The notes under the pieces: model-generated
What the model was told of the DNA's origin: nothing
Database searches by the model: none
The model's input: the letters and a program-made list of their open reading frames with translations, nothing else
From: Raja brachyura
Lineage: Eukaryota
Reading direction: 5' to 3'
DNA: 64,000 nucleotides
Assembly: GCA_963514005.1 (NCBI GenBank)
Contig: OY740811.1
Location: 25,792,001-25,856,000 of the forward strand
Program-made: the position numbers and the translations under genes
Part shown: piece after piece, positions 51,961 to 61,461 of the stretch
Layout of the letters: every line of letters starts with the position of its first letter
How positions within the stretch are numbered: the stretch's first letter is position 1

Positions 51961-53278
51961 CTTAGGGCAGCAAAACAATACCAAACAGCTATTAGCAAAC
52001 CAAATGTACCATCAATTATCAGACCGAAGGCAGGTTTCAACACTTCAAATTTTGATGCAAGGTGACGCCACCACCCTCCTCCCCCCCCCCCGCCAACCCC
52101 CCCATCCCGCCTATCCCTCCCCCCCCTCCCTCCTTCCTTCATTGAGATTCATCTTCACTGAGTGGGAACATTTGTGAGCTGGGAAATAAGGACTTCTCCA
52201 AAGCCATCAGCACCAATGTCGTCCTGCATTACAGATATGTTCTTGGCTGAAGGCATATATCAACAATGACTTCCCTACTTCCCCTCCAAGGGCAGTGTGA
52301 TGATGGTTTTCACACGCACTGGTCTGTAGGTTAGTGAACACGCTCAGACGCTCAATCAGACTGGGCCGAGACAGCAGGCAAAGTGTCATCAGGGTTGTTA
52401 AAGGCCAACCTGACCAACAGGCAAACAAAATTGCCATTGACTTCTTCATGGGATGTCAATGTTGCCAGCAATGCTTGCATGTATCGACTATCCCTAATTG
52501 CCCCTGAACTAGGGAGGCAATTGAGAGTCAACCACTTTTGTGGCTCTAGTCATGTATAGATGACGGTGGCAGACTTCCCTTCCTGAAGAACGTTGGCAGA
52601 CCAGATGAGATTTTATGCCTATTGAGTGGTTACCATTATTATATCATCGTTACCATTACTATAACTAGTTTATTTAATTACTTGAATTTACATTCATCAA
52701 CTGCCACAAACTCCTGCCTCCAGATCAACTCTGCCTGCTGGTACAATTACATAACTATTGCATGGTTCTAAACCAGCAATGACAGCTCAAAAGACATACA
52801 TGCTTCTGTTTGAACTCAAAGAGCAAAAGGCCTTTCCTCTTTGTTGCCAACCTTGACTTAAACATAGAAGAAGAAATGAGGCAACTAATCAGATCCAAAA
52901 ATTGTCCAAACACTCTCAGACCTTCTAATGTCGAAGGCCGCACGGTGTCTGATAGGGACAAGACTGAATGGCAAACTAAGTGACCCACAACATGGAAGCA
53001 CAGTGTTGTTCTTGGTTAAGAAGCACGTTAACAGGAATAAAATGAAGAAGTGCACTTAATATTCAAGAATTAACTATAAAAATCAAGACGTTTCTTTAAC
53101 ATATAAATTATGGATAAAGGTAAACAAATAATGCAGTACTAGAATAATTATCATTAGCAACTCATCCTTCACTAGTATCACTAGTCATCATACCAATCTC
53201 GCCTGGTATGCCTTGATTGACTATAGGTATCAACTAACTTTGGCTCTGAGGACCATCCTGACGAATGATAGACTAAGT

Positions 53279-53632
53279 CAGGGGTGGGGAACCTTTCCAT
53301 GGTGGGATGCCGCATTAAGTTAGCTGTAATCTAATAAGGCCGCATGCAAGAAACTTAAATTAGATACATTTCAAAATGTACATTATTTTGTTAAAATAGC
53401 CCTCATGACTCACTAATGTTTTAATTGTGGCCACCAGTCGGGGAGGATTATTTTGTTGGATCTTCTTTTACTCTTTGGTATTTTAAATACGTTCATTTTA
53501 AGATTAAAATAAAAATAATAAAAGATGAACAAAAACATATTAATAATAATAAAAAGATTTGTTCTACAAAATTTGGATTCATTCAAAAGGCCGCACTTAA
53601 TGGCCTCGAAGGCTGCAGGTTCCCCGCCCCTG
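53279..53632. mobile_element. hAT (Charlie-type) non-autonomous DNA transposon
   Basis: TIRs CAGGGGTGGGGAACCT / AGGTTCCCCGCCCCTG and a perfect 8-bp TSD GACTAAGT (53271-53278 and 53633-53640). Confidence 0.93.
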
Positions 53633-54947
53633 GACTAAGTGGTCTCCTTTAACGCTATCATTCTAGTGGTCTCATGGAAGTCACCAGCTCAGATTTACCG
53701 TTCTCAGCTTGTTGCTATGACCTGCAGGCTGGGACTTACGGATGCAGATATGGATGAGAATGTGTCTGCGTCACACTCTGCTCTGGATTTCTGGTTTATG
53801 TCACTAGTTCTTGTTTGGATTAAGGCTTTCAAATCATCTACCATCACAGTGAAACTTTGGAAAGAAGGACCAACCTTTGGAAGTTTATGTTCTTTGTTAT
53901 TTCTTAAAGGAAAGGAAAGCTATTCGACCTGATCAATCTATGGATCACACCACACAGTCAAAAGAATATTGCCCAAGACAAATTTCTACCACATTGATAA
54001 TCCAGCTAATATTACACAATAGTTATTCCAGCCTCAACCTTTTTTCTTCTACAATGCATATAACGAGTCTCTTTGGCCAATGTACACATGCTGGATGTTT
54101 TAGAGCTCTTGATTTTGGCCCACAACGACTCTCCCTAACCCAGTGCCTTGTACATGTTTTACTTAAATTTCTTTTGGAAAATAACTATTGAATCTTCTGC
54201 CAATGTCATTCCAGACTGAATTCTAAATCAAACAACCTTTGAATAAATAAATCCTAATTTCTTTCTTCTTTTTGTCATTGTTCATAAATCTGTTCTGATC
54301 ACAATTCCTTCTTCCCATTCTGTGTCTCTTTGCTTCCACTGTCTTTGCCCTGTAACACTTTTATTCCCTTCTCTCTTATATCACACTTATTTTAAACAAA
54401 TGCTATGTACAAGGTGGAAATTAATGGAAAATAATTAACTCCAAAGGCGATGGGAATAAAAGCAACAAGATATAACTGCTTTGATCGAGTATATTTTCCA
54501 GAGATTTATTTACTCAGCTTCAGCCTCTCAGCAAAGGCAATAACAGGCCAAAGAGGAGGAAGACGCACAACTTGGGCCCACCCAATTGGGAAAAAGTGAC
54601 TAGACTGTCTTGGTTAACCCTCCCCCACTCTTATCCGGGTCTCTCCAGGAACTGAAGATTAATCACCAGGAGTTTGCTGAAAGCAAATACAGGAAGAACG
54701 TCACAACACATTGTTGGTTTTAACACTTTCTTTGAAGAGCTTAGTTAATTATAAAAATAGAAGAGAGAGGGAGAAAGGGGTAGTTGACAACACCTACTGA
54801 GTTGAGATGTAAAGAATCAATGATAGACACAAAATTCTGCAGTAACTCAGCAGGACAGGCAGCCTCTCTGGAGAGAGGGAATGGGCGACGTTTCGAGTTG
54901 AGACCCTTCCGCCTTCACTGCTAAGAAGCAATGCTGTTTGTCCAACA

Positions 54948-55230
54948 TGGGTGCACCATGAGCATCAGCGACTACAGGGAGGTGCAGTGGGAAGCTGTGG
55001 ACTGTATGGATGGGCACTGATTCATAGGGGCAGTGGAATGAGGGTGCACCATGTGTACAGGCACAATGAGTGATCAGTGGGGTGGCAGTTAGATCACGAG
55101 GATGGGCACATTGTTATTAACCGGGGGCAATGAAAGACAGGTGCACCAGGAGCGTAGGCACTAGATGAACAACAGAGAGTGGAGGCAGGAAACGGTTGTA
55201 CAAACAGGACAGGCACCATGTGATCATTTG
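54948..55230. repeat. Degenerate ~95-bp tandem repeat, ~3 copies
   Basis: ggtgcacca recurs at ~54950, 55043 and 55140. The first two units each continue gatgggcac...ggggca(g/a)tg. Confidence 0.6.
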
Positions 55231-55291
55231 GAAGCTGTGGCAGGTTATGTAGCTACATTTTCAAATACATGCAACCAGAGTTGGTAACTAA

Positions 55292-55570
55292 AGGGGGTGA
55301 CCCACTTGGGCGTCATTTGCGCATAATTTACGCGACATCATTTAAGCGTCACGATGCGCGCGTCGTGTCATGCACGTGATGCGCGCATGGTGCGCATTAC
55401 GCGGGCATGGTGCGCATTACGCGCGCATGGTGCGCATTACGCGCGCATGGTGTGTGGTGGCGTAGGCAGTGACGTGCGGTCGCGCGCAGCGCCTCAGGAT
55501 TTTGGGATGTACAAAATCTTTGCGCACCATCTGCATGACACGCAAATGATGCCCAAGTGGGACAGGCCCT
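55292..55570. mobile_element. Harbinger-like MITE 4 with internal 20-bp tandem repeat
   Basis: AGGGGGTGACCCACTTGGGC / GCCCAAGTGGGACAGGCCCT termini, and (GCGCGCATGGTGCGCATTAC) x~3.6 at 55381-55452. Confidence 0.8.
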
Positions 55571-56177
55571 GAAGCCTGGAGAAAGAGAAAAAGTAGATAT
55601 GACACTGATGAGATGTGAAAAGCAAAATGTATTGCAGTTTGAAACTACTCAAGCCAAATCAAACCCTCATATTTATAAATGTGTTTCTTTGCAAGGTCAC
55701 AGATATAGCTCTGGTGAGGTCGGCGAGAGGGGAGGGTTTACTATATTTGGTCGAAGGAACAGTCCTCATTCCATGGAGCAGTAGTTACAATTATTAGTGA
55801 AAAGGATTGTTGTAAAAAGTGTGAAGGCAACACACAAATTAATATCACAATCAAATGATTGAGTTCACCACTAACAATACTCGTTGAAAACTAATATCCA
55901 CAGAGAGGAATTGTCTCTGATGTTGAAATATATTGTTTATTTATTGGAATTGGACAGGACAAAGCTGTGATGTGTCAAATGTTTATTAGCTCCCTACCAT
56001 CTGTGAAGTTTTTCTGACTTTCAAAATTGCTACATTCGTGCAATCGCATTTGAAGAATGGAGGTCTGTTGATTTTTGTCCGGCCACATAGCTGCCTCAGT
56101 ATTACACAGACCCTGCCTGGAATTTGTCAACTGCGTGTGACCCCCCCTCTATTAGCTCATGGCCGAACAAGACTACA

Positions 56178-56418
56178 GGCTGTCCATACGGAGTTTGTAC
56201 GTTCTCCCCGTGACCGCGTGGGTTTTCCCCAAGATCTTTGGTTTCCTCACACACTCCAAAGACGTACAGGCTTGCAGGTTAATTGGCTAGATATAAGTTT
56301 AAATTGTCCCTAGTATGTGTAGGATAGTGTTAAGTGTGCGGGGATCGCTGGTCGGTGCTGACTTGGTGGGCCGAAGGGCCTGTTTCCCCTCCGAATCTCT
56401 GAACTAAATTAAACTAAA
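56178..56418 (+). mobile_element. Same SINE family, 5'-truncated
   Basis: Core and tail (ctaaactaaa) match. Confidence 0.85.
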
Positions 56419-56899
56419 AAGAGGGGTTTCGATGAATACCCAGCTTACATAATTCAGCTCAGGATCCTCTGTTCTGGAAACTTTGTGTATGAGTTGGTTC
56501 CATTATAAAGACCAACGTACACCAGTGTATGTTTGTAGCCTGAGCTGTCCTGGTTGGTGACGACATTGGTACCAAGGATGCTAACACCTAGGTAACTAAT
56601 TGATGTAACTACCAAGGTCAGCAGATCATATAAATCAGCCACTTTGCTGATTAGATATTAAAGCAGAGCTCTGACAATAAATGAACCTTCGAACCTTTGA
56701 ATTTTCCAGCTAATGTCCACTCTGAACCTTGTAAACTGAACATGTGCTCAATGGCAGGAAGGGCAACCCCACTGGAGTTACTGACTACACTGACCAGCAC
56801 CACATTCCTACAAGGGTTTGATGGATTACGAGATCTCCAAAGCTGCTGACGTCTAGCAGGGAATGCAACTAGTTTCAGTCACAATTCCAAACACAGGAT

Positions 56900-57260
56900 A
56901 GAGTCATAGAGTGATACAACACGGAAAAAGGCCCTTCAGCCCAACTTGCCAACACCGGCCAACTTGTCCCAGCTACACTAGTCCCATCTGCCCGCGTTTG
57001 GTCCATATCCCTCCAAACCGGTCCTATCCATGTACCTGTCTAACTGTTTCTTGAACATTGGGATTGTCCCCGCCTCAACTACCTCCTCTGGCAGCTCATT
57101 CCGAACCCTCAACTACCTCCTCTGGCAGCTCGTTCCGTACACCCACCAACTGATGTGTAAAAAAGGTACCCCTCAAATTCCTATTCAATCTTTCCCTATG
57201 TCTTCTGGGCCTCGATTCACCTACTCTGGGCAAAGGACTGTGCATCTATTCCTCTCATGA
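56900..57260 (-). mobile_element. CR1-type LINE 3' fragment with an internal ~35-bp tandem duplication
   Basis: Same family as 15945-16255. cctcaactacctcctctggcagctc occurs twice at ~57073-57131. Confidence 0.85.
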
Positions 57261-58572
57261 TTTTACAGGAAGGTTGAGGACCACTTCACCCATGGCTGTT
57301 CAAGGTCTCGTTGACCATGAGTTTGTATGGGTCAAGTTTGTTCCAGGATGGAGCTGGAAATATTGACATTGCACAAGGGAGGTCAATGGCACACACTATT
57401 CCAAAGAGCCGAGCATGTTTCCAACAAACAATAAGCCTTTCTGTTTAGCACTGGTACAACCATTGGCAGGTGTTGTGAGGAACACTGTTGTTCAAGACCA
57501 CTCCTGCCTTCCTGACGTCTCATTTGCCAAGTTGCCACTCACTTTTCGGCAACAACTTTCACAGCCTCTGGGTTTCCCAAACTGTTTTCCAGTCATTGAA
57601 CTGCATTCAGTGTTGTGATAAAGGCTTCTGTTTATCCTACTTTTGTACAGCAGGTTTGCAATGAGGTGATTTATCGCACACAGCAGTGGGAAGGACTCCA
57701 CCGAGCTTCTTTACATAGAACTGTGAAATCCTTTAACTCCAGCCAAAAGAACAGGTTGGAAGAACTCTAACCTCTAAAAGACGGGATCACTGACAGTGGG
57801 TTAACGGCAACAGTTCGCCATCATGAAGTTGAAGATCTTTGAGGTGCTTAGTGTGATGGTTAATTAATGGACGGATATGAGGACTTTGTTTAAATCAATT
57901 GAAATTGGACAGGATAATTTAAAAGCTCCCGTGTCAGAATTAATTCCTGCATTGTTTGTTCTAGCAATATGGTCTGTCTGGTCTGGAAGAGCCTACCTGT
58001 ACAAACTACTCTCTGAACAATTCTTATGACAATGTGGACTAAATATTGTTGGGCTTGCTGCCTGTGGAAGGCATCACATTCTGACCTGATACTGTCCTCA
58101 TCCAACCAGCCAAACTTTCTTGAAGAACCAACTGTGATTGCACACAGGAGCACAAACATTGACGGACTTCTGTCCCACCAGTCCAAGTCCACAGAGCCTG
58201 CTACAGGGCAGCAATCACCACGCAAATTGGCTAACTTAGCACAGCGTGGGAAGCTAGAACCTAACAGCTTGGTCGTTTTATGAACTCAGTTTGAGAAAGG
58301 GACTGCGATCTTCCCATTGAGAATACTGGGTGAGCTGTGTGAATATATTCCGCAGGATATAATGGGAGATATTTCTAAATTATCCTAACAATGTTGTCGT
58401 CTTCAGAAAGTTTCATTCCTTCTCCTTTAATATTCTGTGATATCAATGGATTGATCAAATTCTACTTGTATTATTCTGGGAAGAAATAAAAGGCAGAACG
58501 CAGTGTAAATTAAAGTGAAAATATAACGTTTTGGATGGGCGGTCAGATTGTGAATGACATTTGACATCTCAC

Positions 58573-58647
58573 CTGTGACGACAACGGCGCAGAAATCTCA
58601 TAATTTTCCGTGCAGCTTGATCCTGTTTCTTGGTCAACAGACTGCTC
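58573..58647 (-). CDS. CAMTA1: CAMTA1 75-bp exon (RSSLLTKKQDQAARKIMRFLRRCRH)
   Basis: tttcag|GAGC...CACAG|gtgaga. Phase-compatible with the IQ exon, and the peptide matches the CAMTA1 C-terminal region. Confidence 0.96.
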
Positions 58648-59024
58648 CTGAAACAAGAGCAAGGAAGAAAATAAATAAGAGCTAGAGTTATCCTCAGAGT
58701 GAAAGGCCAGCACCATCTGTAAGGTCATTGTGTTAAAACGATTTACGTTAGAAAACTTGCCACTTTCCCTGCTGACTGGTAAAGCATAAGGTTCGGCCAA
58801 TGACGCACCATCTCATCGAGTCAAAAGTTGTGGCTTCGTCGAGTTAAACACTGGATTCACTCATGATGCAATCATGAAATTTGATCAAAGATTCATCCTT
58901 GATTAAGAAACACATGGCACACAAATCCATGCAAATGCAGGGAAGAACGTTGGGTTCATTTAAAAAAACTATGGGGTTCAACTTGTAAATATACGGGAGG
59001 AGTTCACATGTTGATTGCTATTAG

Positions 59025-59240
59025 CTTCATCCATTGATTACAAATATGTCGATCATCCATTGATGAGGCACTCACTGATGCAAACATGGTATTCAACTAT
59101 TGAGGTAGATGCGGGTTGCACCAACTGATACACACACACTGGATTCATTCATTGACAGGTGACCATACAGTTCATCCCTTTGCTACAAACAGGTGGATCA
59201 CCCACTGACAGAAAAATGGGGATCACCCACTGATGCACCT
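59025..59240. repeat. Degenerate ~22-bp minisatellite (ggatcacccactgatgcaaac-like)
   Basis: Recurrent (g/t)(a/t)tca(t/c)cca(t/c)tga units. Confidence 0.5.
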
Positions 59241-59521
59241 ATCAACTCCCAATTACGAGGCTCACCTTTCTCTCTCCGTGTGACTATTATTCCCACCTCC
59301 ATAAGTTCTCATCTTATGTAGCGTCTTCTTATGAGGCACCTTATCAAATGTCTTTGCAAATGCAAATATACCTCATCCTTTGATCCCCAACATCTGGCCT
59401 GCTGGTTGCATTCTTAAAAACTCCGCGAGATTGTCACTTGATGTTTATTTCATAAATCTACGTTGATTCCACCTAATCATAGGGCCCAAGAGAAGAGTTC
59501 TGCGCATGAGCAAGGACCTAC

Positions 59522-59715
59522 CTGATTTTTTGGTGGACCATGGCAGCTGTCCTTCGCTTCTGCCTCATTTTTCCGCACTCCTTGTAGCTACGGTAATACT
59601 GCTGGATCAGGACAGCTGCCCGCCGACTCTGCTGGAACTTCTTCTGCTCGTAATAGCTGCGGAACTTGCTCTGGATCAGGATGGCGGCCAGCGTCATCTT
59701 TTTGTAAAGTGCATA
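59522..59715 (-). CDS. CAMTA1: CAMTA1 IQ-motif exon (194 bp)
   Basis: ctcag|TAT...AG|gtaggt. Encodes YALYKKMTLAAILIQSKFRSYYEQKKFQQSRRAAVLIQQYYRSYKECGKMRQKRRTAAMVHQKI, with two IQ calmodulin-binding motifs. Confidence 0.97.
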
Positions 59716-60174
59716 CTGAGGAGACACAAAGGTCAAATATCCTTGTCAGAAGCAAAAAAAAGAAAATGGTTGCATCCTGGAAAGAATGGGGTGGTTGGTA
59801 AGGGGAGAGTCCCAAGTTAAAATGGCACATTCTCAACGGAATACAACCTCAACATTTCTAGATCTTCATCTCAAGTAACTAGCTTACAAAAATGTCTTGC
59901 TATGTTAGGAATTTAGTAATAACCGAAGAGCATAACTAATAGGAGCAGTAGTGGGACATGCAATCCTCCGGTTAACATTGTTATTCAGTCTCAACTTCAC
60001 ATTTCTATCCAGTCCCCAAACCCCTGGAATCTCTTGGATCAAAAATAAATTGAAATTGAGAAAATCAAAAACTAGAACGCTCAAGATAAGCAGAATCACT
60101 CTCGAAACCGGCACTTATTGACAATTACCCTTTAAATACTCAAGTATTGCTTATCTGTACATAAAAAGTCCAAT

Positions 60175-60410
60175 GTTTAGTTTAGTGTCACGAGTGCCGA
60201 GGTACAGTGATAAGCTCTTTCTATTGCGTGCTATCCAGCCAGAGGAAAGACTGTACATGATTACAATCAAGCCGTCCACATTGTGCAGATATAGGGTAAT
60301 GGGAATAACGTTTAGTGCAAGATAAAGTCCAGTAAAGTCTGATTAAAGATAGTCCGAGGGTCTCCAATAAAGTAAATGGTAGCTCAGGACCGCTCTCTGG
60401 TTGGGGATAG
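60175..60410 (-). mobile_element. LINE 3' end (Rex1-like tail ...cactgtacctcggcactcgtgacactaaactaaac)
   Basis: The same tail motif recurs at ~47470-47523 (+) and ~40270-40330 (-). Confidence 0.65.
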
Positions 60411-61205
60411 AGTGGGATAAATAACTGGCTTGTTTCACATTCTCAAAGTAACGAGTTAGCAATTACATGGGACAAAAGCCTGACTAAAGTGCAGCTAATG
60501 TTAGGATTGACAACCCTGGATGGATTTGATGCTAATGGTGTATATATTCAACCTCCCTGCCATGTCAAATATTGTCTTTGTATCACCAATATTTTTATAA
60601 CATAATATAAAAGCATTCAAAAAATTTAATAAAACCACATATCTTTTAATGCTCTCTCATTTTTTTTGTTCCTAGTTTTGTTTGTCCCAGAGATAACCCT
60701 TTAAATTCTAGGGGTTCCAGGTTGGTACTGGAGTACTGGTGAAGGAGCATGGTGCAAGGCTCACCATGCCACCTGGTGGCAGTGGACGGGCGAGGTTATG
60801 CCAGAATTCTCACATTATAAAAGAGACACATTTAAATAGCAGCATCCCAACATGACGAAAAGCAAGTGTGCCTCCCACCACTCAGTCACCCGGTTCACGC
60901 ATTGTACTTCAGAAAAATTGTCAAAACTCTTGCATTTGGCAATATGGCAAGTTTTCAGAAATAAAATGAGAAATTATTTTGAGAAGTAACTTGGCATTGT
61001 GTTCCTTAAAGGGCAGGTGAAGGAAAATTTTAATTTTGATTAAGTGTAAATGAAGAGATTTTCACAGGCATGAAACAAAAAGGGAAATGCTGGAAGAGCT
61101 AGTCCAGTCGTCAATCAACCTTTGTGCAAAAAATACACCAGTTAATTGAGATCTTCCTGCATTTCTAGTTTTGTTTCAGATTTCAGTATCTGTGGTTTTA
61201 TTTTT

Positions 61206-61310
61206 AGATTAGTTTAGAGATACGGCGCGGAAACAGGCCATTCGGCCCAGCTGGTCCGTGCCGTCCAGCGATCCCCGCACATTAACACTATATTACACAC
61301 AATAGGGACT
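61206..61310 (-). mobile_element. Same SINE family, 3' part only
   Basis: gtttagagatacggcgcggaaacaggccattcggccc... tail. Confidence 0.8.
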
Positions 61311-61440
61311 CAAAATACAAATTTAAAAATGGACATACGCTTGTACCAGAATACTACATAGTTGGTGGTCAACTAGTAGCCATATATCACAGTAGTGCAA
61401 AATGTACAACATTGAAATTCCATTTGTTAACTCAAATTAC

Positions 61441-61461
61441 CTTCAAGGCTATCCATGTAAG
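61441..61461 (-). CDS. CAMTA1: CAMTA1 21-nt microexon (LTWIALK) in the IQ-motif region
   Basis: ctttgcaag|CTT ACA TGG ATA GCC TTG AAG|gtaatt, phase 0/0. Peptide matches the alternatively included LTWIALK of vertebrate CAMTAs (recalled). Confidence 0.9.

Noticed and set aside
55381-55452. Regular 20-bp repeats resembling a CRISPR array
   Set aside because: Direct tandem units without spacers, inside a MITE, in a vertebrate genome.
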